A stretch of 64,000 nt of DNA from Oculina patagonica (taxonomy: Eukaryota): contig NC_135769.1 in assembly GCF_052425735.1 (NCBI RefSeq), positions 23,312,001 to 23,376,000 on the forward strand, given 5' to 3'. A program made the position numbers and the translations under genes. This document shows, one piece after another, positions 1 to 12,878 of this stretch (positions are counted from its first letter, which is position 1; each line of letters starts with the position of its first letter). The notes beneath the pieces are model-generated. The model was not told where the DNA came from, made no database searches, and saw only the letters and a program-made list of their open reading frames with translations.

Positions 1-47
1 TTTGGCAGTTACCTCTCTCCACTTGATTAATAGACGCTCTTAGCTAA

Positions 48-324
48 ATAGAGCAGTTTTCACTTGAGTGTCAAACGTACTTCGCGTTTGTATCGGTTTT
101 GCATAAGTGCTACACTCAGTGATTGTTTTAAAACTCTCTCGCCACTTTCTACGTCATAATTAAAACCAAAACCAATCGTGACTCGTTTGCGCACGTTTTC
201 CCGCGCATCGTGCCGGCTTAATGTATTTGCGTCGAGTTTCGATTGGTTTACTGAATTGTCTGTGTTCTTTGTGATTAGCTAGAATGATGTTTTGGTTTTA
301 CGACACTCGATTGAAAACTGTTTT
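48..324. mobile_element. degenerate MITE-like interspersed repeat
   Basis: ATAGAGCAGTTTTCACTTGAGTGTC ... GACACTCGATTGAAAACTG imperfect inverted ends. A related partial copy lies at about 51885-52030. Confidence 0.6.
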
Positions 325-731
325 AATGAAAACAAGTTTGAGTAAACCTAAAACACTTGAGTATTAGCGGACTGTAACTGGATTTCACTAAACGCACCTG
401 TAAAAAATCGAAAAGGTCCGCAGATGATTTGGAGATTGTCAAAAAGGCATTTTCGTTCACGTTTGTTCGCGTCAAATGAAGTAATCGAAGCTCATAACAG
501 TTTCTCGGCAAATCACTTAAAATGTTTAAATTTGGGAAAAACTCAGTTCTCAATTACCTCTGGACGTTTAATATTTTTTATTGTCCACAGAGATGGTGCA
601 TGTTGTACGTCACAGTCTTGAGTTAATTTTCTTTCAAACAGTTGCCTCGGACCTTGTTGCGTCAACTTGGTTGTAGGAGCTGTGGCCTGTACATGCTTGT
701 CCAACCCAATAGAGCGTTTTCACCAAGATAT

Positions 732-881
732 TGTTGGGAACTAGTCCCGAGACCCCTCTCGGTCCTTGATCCGGGATATAGATTATTGATGTATGAAGAT
801 CGTACATGGCCGAAATACAGTCTTCTCTTGTTGTTTATACTTCGTCTGTTCCTTGTTTCTCGTGATACTCAGCGCCAGACT
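732..881 (+). repeat. 5' LTR (TGT...ACT)
   Basis: Direct repeat of 5518-5667; immediately followed by the PBS. Confidence 0.95.
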
Positions 882-968
882 TGGTGTCAGAAGTGGGATT
901 AACTTTTTCTAGAACCACACTAGCGAATACCTCGATCACGAAACCACGAACACACGATACACGAACTC

Positions 969-3900
969 ATGGCGTCGAACCTCAAGCGCCCAGAACTCAA
1001 CCTAACCGGAAACATTTCCGAAAACTTTAAGAACTTCGAAGTCAGGTTCAATGACTACTGCGTTCAAGCGGACTTTCGTAACCTGGCCAAAGACCCAGAG
1101 ACAGCGCCAGCCGATTATTACAAGAAACCACAGCTCGAAATCGCCGCACTTCGGTCGGCCATGCCAGACGAAGCCCTTCAGGTAATACGATACACGTTAG
1201 AACCTCAGATCGCGAATGATGACAAAGCCAAACCGTGGATTTGGATGGAAAAACTTCGCCTCCACTACACAGGATCGACCGGCAGCTCTTTTCTGGCCGA
1301 CAGATTTAAGTTTTGGGGCCTTTACCAAACACTGACCGAATCGGTACAAGCATGGGAAGTGAGAATTAGGCAGGCTGGAAGCCTGTGCTCGTATGGAACA
1401 CTCAGTGACGAAATGTACCGCGATAAATTTATCTTTGGCCTCAACAACGACGCCATGCGAGCTGAGTTGCTAAAAACACATCTCAAGCCTGACAACACGC
1501 CAAAGAGCATGGCTGACGTGGTGACCGAAGCCAAGGCCTTAGAGTCTGCCTACACCGCCAACAAGCTGATAGCAGACTCCTCAAAATCAACCATCGAAGA
1601 ACGAGTCCACTGGGTGAAACACAGAGAAATGAAGCTACGAAGAGAGCCTGGAACATGCCACTGGTGTGGAGACAAACGGGGACCTCACCCATGGAGACAA
1701 TGCCCAGCAAGGGGCAAAACATGCTCAAAGTGCGGTATCAATGACCACTTTGCCAATGTGTGCCTGGCAAATGGCCAACCACCACAACGACGGGGAGGTT
1801 CAATCCCTCCTCCCACTCGCAACAACCGGACCCCCAGCCAAACGCCCAGTAACAGGGGCAGCGGTCGACGACGGGAAGATGTGCATCACCTGCAATTTAG
1901 AGAAGACGAACCCACCGACCACATGGTGTATGCAGATTATTATCACGAGCAATGTTACTCTCTCGAAACCCCACAGAAGAGGAGAAAATACTTTGTAAAA
2001 CTACCCCTGTCAGCAACCGGCTCACACTTCCAGCCAATCACACTCCAAATTGACACCGCAGCTTCGTGCAACACCCTATCTCATAGTACCCTCACCACTC
2101 TGGGTCAAGACGTCCAAATGTCAAAATCACCTTATCTCTTACAACCATATGGGAACACTCGCCCTCTGAGACCTATGGGCCAAGTCGAGCTGTTATACCA
2201 AAGGGACAATCAGTATGACACCCTAACCTTCCAAGTCCTTCCAGATGACATCATGGCCAACAAGCCCGCCCTCTTATCAGGGGCTGACAGTGAAAGATTG
2301 GGGCTCATCAGAATAGAATCAGACACTGTCTTCTCTTTATCTCCATCAGTAACAATCGCCAACTGCAACGAAGCACAGGGCACCCAAGCCCAAGAGCAAG
2401 TGGAATGCAACCACATCGAACAACTCCACAACAACAGACCCAGCACCTGCAACCCACTGCCTTCTCCGTCTCAACCGATCAACATCCCTGCCAAACGGCG
2501 ACTACCTCCCGCAGGTGCACTTCAGAAAGAACACATTCTAATGGAATATGCCGAGAACTTTGAAGGCCTCGGCTGCCTTGGGCCCCCTGTGCATTTTGAA
2601 ACCAAACATGATGTAACACCAGTCCAAATGCCCATCCACCGCATCCCAGTGGCAAAACGGGCTGCAGAAAAGAGTGCCCTAGACAAATACGAGAACGCCG
2701 GCATCATCACTAAAGTTGACGAACCGACTCCTTGGTGCTCAAATGAAGTCATCAAAGAAACTCCCAGAAAAGTTCGAATCTGCATCGACCCCAGCCAGAC
2801 GGTAAATAAAGCCATCCTTCGTTCCGTTTACCAAATGCCAACCCTCAACGAGCAGCTTCATAAACTAGCCCATGCTAAATGCTTTTCTCTTGTTGATGTT
2901 CGCGATGGATTCCTCCACATACCCCTGGATGAAGAGTCCTCACGCATGACCACAATGCACACCTCTTATGGCCGCTACCGCTGGAAACGCCTTCCCTTCG
3001 GGATCTCAAGTGCTCCAGAAGAGTTTCAGATGCGACTTATTTCTGCTCTAGAGGGTCTAGAAGGCATAATCTGTATAGCTGATGACATTTTGGTTTTTGG
3101 AGAAGGCGCAGATTTCACTGAAGCTGAGAAAGATCATGATCGTCGCTTTGTAGCCCTAATGGAACGTTGCCTCCAAAAGAACATTAAACTAAACCCCACA
3201 AAACTGCAGTTCAAGTTAACAGAGGTGAAGTTTATGGGCAACATCATCACAACCAATGGGATGAAAGCTGACCCTGACAAGGTCACTGCGATAACCACTA
3301 TGCCCACACCGAGAAACAAAGCAGCCCTTCTACGCTTCCTCGGAATGGCCAACTACCTATCGCCATACTGCGCAAATCTGAGTACCGTCATTAGACCACT
3401 CACTGCCCTAACACAGAAAGACGTCCCATTCTCCTGGACAGAGGTTCAAGAAAGAGCGTTCAATGATGCAAAACAATTGATCGCCACTGCCCCAATCCTC
3501 CAATACTATGATCTAGGGAAGCCTGTGGTACTCCAAGTAGACGCCAGCTAAGAAGGCCTGGGGGGAGCACTCCTTCAACCAAACGCTGAGGGCAAACTCC
3601 AACCAGTCGCCTTTACCTCAAACAGCCTGAGCAGCACAGAACAGCGCTACTCACAACTCGAAAAAGAATGCCTTGCCATCTGCAACACGTTTGGAAAATT
3701 TGATCATTGGCTCTTCGGCAAGTCAGACATCACAGTGCACACAGACCACCAACCCCTAGAAACCATTTACAAGAAACCACTTCACAAGGCGCCCGCACGT
3801 CTTCAGCGAATGCTAATGAGACTTCAGAGATATCAGTTCAGCCTACAGTACAAGAAAGGAACAAGCCTTCATATAGCAGACACACTATCCCGCGCTGCTC

Positions 3901-5414
3901 TACCCACCCCAGTGCATGCAAAAGTAACAGGGTTTGAAGTGTTCCGCCTTGAACTTGAACACTCCGAGAATGACCACAACCCCCGTCTCACAGATGTCAC
4001 AGAAGAACTCCTCAAATCAGAAACCAAAAAGGATCACACCCTGACTGATCTACAGCAAATCATCATCTCTGGCTGGCCCGACGACAAACAATACCTGGCC
4101 ACCAACCTCCGCCCATTCTGGACCTTCAGAGAGGAACTAAGCATACACAATGGGATCATTTACAAAGGTCAGCAAGTCCTAGTTCCACAGTCCATGTACT
4201 CAACAATGCTTGGCAAAATACATGCAAACCACTTTGGAGCAGAGTCGAACATTCGCATGGCCCGCGAGGTCTTATTCTGGCCAGGCATGAGAAAAGCAAT
4301 TTCAGACATGTGCGACACCTGCAGTGTCTGTGCCCAGTACAGCAGAACTCTTACAAAAGAACCCATGAAGTCGTTACCAATCCCAACGCAGCCGTGGCAA
4401 ATTGTGAGCCAAGATATCTTTAACCATGAGCAGAAGGACTACCTGGTCACTGTCTGCCATTTCTCGGATTGGATAGAAGTCGACGAACTCCAGGACAGCC
4501 TCTCTGCCACAGTAATAAACAAGACCAAGGCCCACTTTGCGCGGTTTGGCATACCACAAATGTGCCACACTGACAATGGCTCACAATTCACGAGCAAGGA
4601 ATATGAGAACTTTGCCACACAATATGGATTCAAACACACAACATCCTCACCCTACCACCCAAAAGGCAATGGCAGAGCAGAAGCTGCCGTCAAAGTGGCC
4701 AAAACAACACTGAAGAAAACCACTGACCTCCAGTCCGCACTGCTCAATTACAGGAACACACCACCTCAGGGACACTCATATTCACCTGCACAGCGCATGC
4801 TCTGCCGACGTACAAGGACAACACTGCCAACACCGAACCACCTCATAAAGCCTTCACCAGTGAACCTAGCTGTCGTCACTCAAGAGCTCACCCTGAAGCG
4901 AGCTGCGAGCAAACGCTACTACGACAGCTCCCCGACAAAAGTCCATCCCGAGCTTGCTGTCGGCTCAAGCGTTTATGCAAAACCTCCACCTTCACAGAGG
5001 GGTCAGCCATGGATACAGGGAACTATCATCTCCCAGGACACACCCAGATCATACACCATTCAGACACCAAACAGCAACATCCGTAGAAACCGGGTCCATA
5101 TCACGCCAACAGTTGAACAGTCTCCTCCACCAACACAGACCACCGCCCCGTCACTGATCCAGGAACCACCACCGGACAACGGCAACCTCTCCATAGGACC
5201 ACAAGTAGAAGAACCTGTAGCTAACAAGCATCCTCCTGCAGAGACTCTACCACCACAACACACGGGAACAGAGAGACTCTCAAACACTGGTTCCGCGAAC
5301 TTTGCAACTCCAGCTAGCCAAGACAAACCTCCAGAACCCATTCTTGGCAATACAAGAACAAGAACGAGGATCATCAAACCTCCTTTGAGGTTAAAAGACT
5401 ATGAACTGACCTAG
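969..5414 (+). pseudogene. gag-pol polyprotein interrupted by a single in-frame TAA (3549-3551) in RNase H
   Basis: ORFs 969-3551 and 3735-5414 share one frame and the gap is open (DAS*EGLGGALLQ...YSQLEKECLA). Two Cys-His knuckles (CHWC..H..C, CSKC..H..C), protease IDTAAS, RT LPFG/IADD, integrase HHCC plus D,D(35)E (TDNGSQF...NGRAE). Confidence 0.93.
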
Positions 5415-5517
5415 TGGTCTACATTGACTGTCAGTTGTTTATTCTCTTAGGCCATTTGTAGCGCCCATTGTTGTATTTTATAAGAGACATTTTTTTTTCC
5501 TTTTATAAGGGGGGAGA

Positions 5518-5667
5518 TGTTGGGAACTAGTCCCGAGACCCCTCTCGGTCCTTGATCTAGGATATAGATTATTGATGTATGAAGATCGCACATGGCCGAA
5601 ATACAGTCTTCTCTTGTTGTTTATACTTCGTCTGTTCCTTGTTTCTCGTGATACTCAGCGCCAGACT
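5518..5667 (+). repeat. 3' LTR
   Basis: Direct repeat of 732-881, preceded by the polypurine tract. Confidence 0.95.
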
Positions 5668-6339
5668 ATATCAAGATCTTTTTGCTTGCATCAAAAACAT
5701 CAACAAACTCAGAGATTGTGGAGTCGTGGAAAGGAATATATTTCTCAAATTTTAAATTGGCAGTGCTCGTTGCAGCCAAGTTATTGGGAAAACAAAATTC
5801 GGAAAATTACAGAGCGTTGTATGTGTCCGCCATATTGGTGTTCCACTTTGGTACACCAATGGTGGCCAAAACTGTCTGCAAGAAGAAAGAAAGATTGTGC
5901 TACCAAAGTCATGCGTTGCACTTCGGAATGCTTTGATTATCATTTTTTAATTTATAAGCAAATCTGAAAACATTTTCAAACAGCGGAAATATTGTTTTCT
6001 GTAACATCAGAGATGTCTCAAATTTCAAAACACGTTATCTCCAAAAAAGCAATCTTCTGGCACAAAGCAATTAGTAACAGTGATGTCTAGAACCTTTTCC
6101 CGCATTTTTCTCGGGGTCGCATCGGAAATAAAAAGAAGCGCAAAGAGGGACCGAATGACTGCACCAACATTGTTTCCGGGAGAAAGACTTTGGGAACGAG
6201 GCTGGGTGTTCTGACTGGCCTGGAAGAGACACCTTCGAATACAGGTTTTCGAAGGTTTCACTGTACTCTTTGCTATAACTATTTGTAGCGAGAATTAGAT
6301 ATCACATCAACTGTAGAATGTTCATTATGAGCTACTGAC

Positions 6340-8933
6340 CTAAATGGTTAGCCACTGCAACCCAAGGAACTGCAAGACACTTCGGAAGAATCTGTAACCA
6401 GGAAATAGAGTTTTATTGAGTACTTGTAAGTATCATGATCAGGTATCGATTTGTGTACAATTTTCGATGTAAACAGAGCCGTAGCTCCCAGTAAATTACA
6501 TGCGACTGTCCGCACACCCAATCAGAAGTTATCAGTGAACTTTCTTCCACCTTTGGTATTAATTAGTTTGTAGTTCGTGATTTTCGTAGAAGGTGCCTGT
6601 GTAGAAGGTGCCTCACGAGCTGGCTCATAGAAATCTTTGATTTATCTTGCCATTAAAACTGGGATGTTAAAGTCGCAATGCAAAACTGAACTATGAAACG
6701 CTATCACTGCCACGGCTTTAGGAAGCACACCCCACTATAATGCCCACTGTACCTTAGCTACTCCTGTCTCTCCTTTGCACCACACATAAGAATGAGAAAT
6801 ACAAGCAAGAACCAAATGAGCTCTTTTCCACTCATCCTCTGACGATAGCTTGCTGTGGTCCAACAAAGAAAGCTACAAATACAAAACAAAAATTACCAGC
6901 TACGCTAATTTTGGATTTAGCTGCCTTTACCTATTGCAATTTTTAAAGGGTTGCCGCTTTAAGTTAATTAAACGTGTAACATAATGGACCAATCCATTAG
7001 GCACATTTAGTTTTTAAAAAAGTCTCTCCCCGCCCCCAAGAGCGAAGAGAGAGAGACCCTGGGAACGAGGTTGCGCGTCATGTTCTTTGAGGATTGTAGG
7101 TCATAAGAACAAGGGCACTCTAGATTCTCCCCTTAAGTATGTGTTGGCTGAAAATTAGTAGTAGAAATCAGACCTAAAGGACCGTACTTTAAAAACGAGT
7201 TAGTACAGTTCTATCGTACCTGCATTCGCCCTATCACTGAATATGCATGTCAAGTTTTCAATGAAAGTCTACCTGCGTATCTTTCTCGTGAGCTAGAAGC
7301 AGTGCAAAAGAGGGCGATGCGCATCAATTTTCCGTTTTTTACGTATGAAGAAGCGCTCGACAAGGCAAGTCTAGTCACTCTGTCAGGTCGAAGACAAGCC
7401 CTGACGGACAAATTGTTTAACAACATTTTAGAGAACAATGACAGTAGGCTGATGAATTTACTGCCCCCACGGAATTTTAGAAGTTATAATCTCAGAAAGT
7501 CACGCCAGTTTAACCCTGTTTTTAAGACTAATAGATTTAGAAATAGCTTTATTGTCTCTAATGTACTTAAGTTTGGATTTAATCACTCTTGTATAGTTCT
7601 TAAATATTTTTACATTTTATCGTTAGTTTTTATCGCTTTATAAATTTGTAAATATGACATAATTCAACCTTTCAGGTTGCGAAGTTGTATTAATAAACTA
7701 TCTATCTATCTCTCTAAAAAAGCGTGCAGAATATGGACCACGGATGTGGTGAGCAAAGAAAATTTGTGGAACTGAGTAATTCACAAGAGAAGGGGGAAGC
7801 GTTCTTCGTATATATATCTCATTTTCAACCTGAAAAACGTTTTTTTTTTAACCAGAAATACCAATAAATCTGAAAGCTTCCTTACGTCTTTAATTCTTTG
7901 ACGCAAATCTTCTGCCTTTTTCACAAGTTGAGAAAGTTCTCTTGCGACTTCTTCCCAAGGAGAAAAATACTCTGGCAGACATTGCTAAAAGAAATAAATT
8001 AAAACACAGTCATTATAAAACACAAACAAACATGAAACACGGAAATGCGTCTGGGTTCGCAAGCTATTCAAAAACGAGCATCTTGAATTATTTTTTACCT
8101 TTTAGGATAGAAGGCTTAATTGAAAGCCGATATCCAAAAGAAAGAAAACCAGACAAGAAACCCACTAAATACAGTGACTTTAGTAGGGGTTTTCTCTCTG
8201 TATGCCCGCTTCTTTACAAGAAATTTTCACGGACGAGTACTATCCATCCGGGTATTTTTCTCGAGCGGGCACTATTTTAACAATAGAGTGTTTCTGTCGA
8301 GGAACTATCGGCTGATAGTTGCCCTGCGGAAATTTGATGTTCTTAAAACAAATATTAGCCCTCGAAGCTTCGCTTCTCGGGCTAATATGCTAGTTTAAGA
8401 ACATCAAATTTCCAAGGGGCAACTATCAGACCGATAGTTCCGAGACAGAAACACTCTATTGTCTTTATTGTTCACCACTAAATTTTCTCCGATTCGGATT
8501 GGTTTAAATTGATCACGTGACGCATAGTGTTCGTCCCTCCGGCGGTCGAACACTATCGCGTCACGTGATCATTTTAAACCAATCAGAATCGGAGAAAATT
8601 TAGTGGTGAACTATAAGGGCTGATAGTGCTCTCCGCAGATGAACACTTTCACGTCACGTGATCAATTTAAACCAATCAGAATTGGAGAATATTTAGTGGT
8701 AAACTATAACGATCGATAGTAAGCTCTCGGAGCGCGTACAGCATTTCTTGTTGCCACACTGATCGCTCTCAGTTACTATCGATTTTGATGGTTGACTCGG
8801 GATTCCCTACTCGCTAACTATCAGCCGATAGAAATGTAAATATACTTACTAAAGGTTCTTTCTCTGAAATAAATCCAAAATTATCTGATACATCAAATTC
8901 CTTCGGTGAAGGAACAGAAGAAACATAGGCCAT
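6340..8933 (-). CDS. IDO: indoleamine 2,3-dioxygenase family protein, 5' part (4 coding exons; remainder not found in window)
   Basis: Exons 8933-8850 (MAYVSSVPSPKEFDVSDNFGFISEKEPL), 7984-7886 (QCLPEYFSPWEEVARELSQLVKKAEDLRQRIKD), 6872-6753 (LSLLDHSKLSSEDEWKRAHLVLACISHSYVWCKGETGVAK), 6391-6340 (ILPKCLAVPWVAVANHL). All are GT-AG bounded and in frame, and colinear with the IDO N-terminus (GF..P..LP..W..A..L..LR / RLA.LVL..I...YVW / VLP..IAVP). Confidence 0.85.
7188..7711 (+). mobile_element. 5'-truncated non-LTR retrotransposon (CR1/L2-group) 3' end, in IDO intron 2
   Basis: Encodes YRTCIRPITEYACQVF...LEAVQKRAMRI...RYNLR-like...KTNRFRNSFI, a typical LINE RT C-terminus. Ends with AATAAA plus a (CTAT)n tail. 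Confidence 0.85.
8281..8710. repeat. tandem palindromic (foldback) repeat element in IDO intron 1
   Basis: Hairpin 8281-8461 (CAATAGAGTGTTTC...GAAACACTCTATTG), second hairpin about 8465-8617, and a third copy of one arm to about 8710. A similar palindrome lies at 52554-52675. Confidence 0.8.
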
Positions 8934-9855
8934 TGGTGTCTAACAAAGATAAAGAAATTAGTCGTGATTACAAAAGCCATTTTTATCACGGAAGATACGA
9001 TGTTCCCGTTTCGGAAAGTTTTTTTTTTCTCGCGTGTAACCAGTTTCGCATTGAGATAATTAACCCGAGTTTAATTTACCTGTCTTACATGGTAGAGTGA
9101 CCAAGAGTATTGTGGGGCCATTCAGTTTCCCAGACCCCCCCCCCCCCCCCCCATTTCAGAGCAAAATATATAAGTTTCTACCCTATTTTCTGAGTTGATA
9201 CCCTATTTTTATTTATGTCTTATACACCCAGACCCAGCCCAGAATCTGCTTCAGTCTGTGTTAGCGATTGAAAAGGGCTTCAACTTCCCGAAGATGATTA
9301 AATAGTACTTTTCATGAGATGAACAATAACAACGACCTCAACAATGTTAAAATTATTGTTTTTCCCAAAAGCTATACCTAATTGCTAACCATAATCAGCA
9401 TAAATGCACATACCATAACCTATTTCAGACTAGAGTGGCCAAAATCAAAGGACCCCCACCCCACCCCCACCGAGATAAACCAAAGAACTGGATGCAGAGT
9501 TTTGGATAGTGCTCGTGCATTTTCCTCGTCCCCAGGCGTCCTCCTTCTAAATCTTTGGCCAATGCCAGCCTGGGCACCAGCAAAAAATGATGGTTATGTT
9601 CAGACCTCAAGTGCCCTTTAGTATCTTTACATACAAAGTTTCGACCTCGAACTTTGGCATGGGCACTAGCCTGATCGCGGCTACTTCAAAAAAGGTGCGT
9701 TCACATTGTCAGAGCTCAGCGAAAATCGTGTTCTGGCACCAAGCTCGAAAACAGCCATACAGACAAGCGCCGGTGGATAAAAGGACTTAGCTTTTATGCT
9801 TATATTTGGCAAAAAATGTCAGTAACGTAAGAAATGGCCTCAAGTTGTTTATAAT

Positions 9856-10072
9856 AGAGAGGTTAAGCATGACGTTTACGGCAAACGGCAAAAATAATTC
9901 TGATTTTGCTTGCTTTTTCTTTAGCACTTAAATAAAGCCAGTCGAAAAATAGGAAAAAATCCCTTAATCACAGTAAATGCAAACAATTTCCTTAAATTGT
10001 ACAAACGGCTAAAATCAGACACCAAAAGTTTGATTTTTGCCGTTTGCCGTAAACGTCATGCTTAACCTCTCT
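9856..10072. mobile_element. MITE (Harbinger-like)
   Basis: About 38-bp TIRs AGAGAGGTTAAGCATGACGTTTACGGCAAACGGCAAAA; AAT on both flanks. Confidence 0.85.
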
Positions 10073-10926
10073 AATGACAAACCCAGTGACCGAAACTGCC
10101 GTGATCTGGTCATCAAAATTGGCACACGGGTGAATTGATGGGTTTTAGGTGTACACTAAACCTGGCAAACCTAAGATCCAAAGATGCTTTGTCTGTTATG
10201 ACAAAATTTAAACTGTGCAAAAGTGTGTGATTTCATGAAAGGAAAACATGAGTTATATGGAGGCATAGGAATTTAAAGGTCTTCGGAATAATTCATATTG
10301 AGAAGGAAGGCGTGCATTTTACTCCCGGTTCCCACCCCTTAATGGTTCCCGTCCTCTATTCTCCCGCCTCTCGTAGAGCTCTCGCCATCTTTACTCCAAG
10401 TAACCCCCCCCCCCCCCCCCAAAAAAAAAAAAAAGTTCCCCTCCATCATATGTTTTTAAAAGCATTTGTCGTGCCATAAATTTTTATAAATTGCGTGGTT
10501 TCTCATCAGTGACAAGCAAAAGCATGGAAAGGAACTGATAAGACATTAAAAACGCTTGTGCCTTATCGGTAATAAAGGACTTAAAAGACACGGAAAAAAA
10601 ATACTTAATTACCTCACTGCTTCAAACTTGTCAGTCGAAATCAGTAAGAGTAAAGAGCTTGACCAAGAAACCTAACTTACCCTGGCCAAGGCTCAAACTC
10701 GTAGTCCCAAAAATGTCAAAGGTCGACACGTTTAAATGGGTTTAACATTAATAATGTCCTAATCAAAACAAAAATTGAAAAATATCTTGACTGAATCGAA
10801 CTACAACAATCGTGATTGGACGTTCTGTTCCTTACCGAAAGTTAGCGTTGCTTTCTTCAATCAAAGTCGCGAGGATTTCACTGACTGAGCATCACCTTGG
10901 ACATTCTTTGAACTTGCCTCAGCACC

Positions 10927-12878
10927 GGCCAGCTGGAAAATATGGACTGGACTCTGGACTGGACTGTGGACTGGACTGTGGACTGGACTGTGGACTGGAC
11001 TCTGGACTGAACTTTGGACTGTACTTTGGACTTTAATAATTTATTTTTATTCAATTATTAAACTATTTTTAGTTAATATTTAACTCACAATCTAATTTTA
11101 TTCCAAGATTAGAAAATGTCACATAATCTCCAAATTCTTGCAAAATCATGAATAGTTTTCAATAGTTTTTCAAAAGATGACAAAACAAACAAACAATCAC
11201 CGGATATTTTAAGGTAAAATCAGGACGCTCCACTGCAATTGCGTAAATCCGTGAGATAATTCGTGAGATAAATTTCGAATTCAAACCTGACGTGACAATA
11301 ATTATTATGTCGTGCCTACGCTATCTAAGGAATGTTAGGAATGTAGTCCCGTTCATTCTAAGAAAGAAGTTTTCAGCAATTAACTTGCGCGCTTGAGTAC
11401 ACATGCCCATTTTTTCAGGTGTAGGTAAATATTTTATCCTCCACTGCTGTAATGTCACTTCTACTTTAGTTCTAATCAACTCTACACTGAAAGAGAATGC
11501 GTTTTACTACAAAGTTATTGCTTTAATTAAGATACCACCCCTGTTGTCTTATTGTAAACATTTCTGTCATTTGGCACCTCTCATCACGTCAACATTTATT
11601 TCACACGAAACTACCCGCTGATTGTAGTGATAATACTAAAAGGGTTAGTGACAGAACATATTCCGGTGCATGCTGGCTTGTTATGCAGGAACGAAGGCAC
11701 TTGTTGGAGGAGTACAATTGCAAAGAACAAAATATAGTCATGGGAAGCTATTCTACAATCTTTTACGGATGTTTAGTTGATTGTATTGAATGAAATAAAT
11801 CGTTAAAATAAAACAACGGTTGCTTGGTTCATACACAAAGTCTATTTATTTTGTTGCATTTCGAGGCTTTATACGTTTCCGACATGAGAATTTATACTCC
11901 TGATAACAGATCTAAAAATTAAAAAGCCGCAAATTTAAGGCGTTGTGACTGCTTACTTGTTGTATATGCATTTGTGCCTTGTGTTGGGCTAGTCTCGAAG
12001 CATCAAGTGGATCAGTTGTCTCTTGACTTTAGTTTTCGTTTTTACTCGTACTCAACTTGTGTTTACTATGGATCAAAGCCCCAAGCCAAGTACTAGTTAT
12101 GCTGAAGCTGTTAGAGGAGTGGAGTTAAACTCCAATAATGAAACTCCTCGCAGCACCTCGTGGCTTATGGCGTACCAAAGAGAAGATGAAGAGGAAGCCA
12201 CAGCTATTGCTTTGGCGGAATCTCTAAGCAGTGTCAAGGTAACTGGTTTGTTACTTACATTGCATCTGCAGTATTAATTCAGTTTTTTTTTTGCTTTAAG
12301 TAAGTTATGCTTTGCTTTAAGTAAGCCGATAGGGGTGGCCTCTTAACTAAAATGAACGCTTTAGAGTGAAACAACACATCTTCTTTCAGTGTAGAATTGA
12401 CATTTTACAAGTTAACAAGAAGCCCTGTGGCTTTGCAGACGGGCCTAGTAGCATTATTTCCTTTTTTTCGTTGTATTGAAGCGTACAAACGGTTACCATA
12501 TGGGATACTTCGCCGCCAGAAAGGTCACGAATTGTTCACACAGCTTTGACGTATGTTTTCTTTCTTACACTAAAACTCATAAAATATAACTTGTCTCTTT
12601 TATTTATATGTTATCTAGTCCGTTCTAACTTTCCGGTTCTATTTTACCTTATGGCCTAAGCGAGGATTAAAAAACTATTCATGACTTTGCAAGAAATCAG
12701 AGATTATGTGACATTTTTTTCTAATATAAGAATAAAAATAGATTTTTAGTTAAATATTAACTTTGTTAAATGACTAAAATTAAAATAAATTATTTAAGTC
12801 CAAAGTCCAGTCCAAAGTCCAGTCCACAGTCCAGTCCACAGTCCAGTCCAGAGTCCAGTCCATCTTTTCCAGCTGGCC
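10927..12878. mobile_element. non-autonomous Mutator-like (MULE) DNA transposon
   Basis: About 230-bp imperfect TIRs starting GGCCAGCTGGAAAA with 12-bp (TGGACTGGACTG) subterminal repeats. 9-bp TSD CTCAGCACC at 10918-10926 and 12879-12887. No transposase ORF. Confidence 0.88.

Larger units (their letters stand above)
732..5667 (+). mobile_element. Ty3/Gypsy (Mag-like) LTR retrotransposon, full length
   Basis: 150-bp LTRs at 732-881 and 5518-5667 with 3 mismatches. ATAT target-site duplication (TSD) at 728-731 and 5668-5671. PBS TGGTGTCAGAAGTGGGATT (882-900) is complementary to a tRNA-Leu 3' end. PPT ATAAGGGGGGAGA precedes the 3' LTR. Domain order is gag-PR-RT-RH-IN. Confidence 0.97.

Noticed and set aside
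323-705. Possible spliced minus-strand exons (...IKRPE|gt...ag|VRLV...)
   Set aside because: No similarity to IDO or any protein I recognise, and no start codon.
3549-3551. Programmed stop-codon readthrough in the retrotransposon
   Set aside because: The stop falls inside RNase H rather than at the gag/pol boundary. A nonsense mutation is the simpler explanation.
6705-6728. In-frame VLPKAVAV in IDO intron 3, resembling exon 4 (ILPKCLAV)
   Set aside because: Only 8 codons, preceded by a stop, and with no usable splice sites. It could be a duplicated-exon ghost but cannot be distinguished from chance.
10940-11035. CRISPR-like or coding (GLDC)n / (SSPQ)n repeats
   Set aside because: These are subterminal 12-bp tandem repeats of the MULE TIRs, with no spacers. 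The ORFs over them are artefacts.
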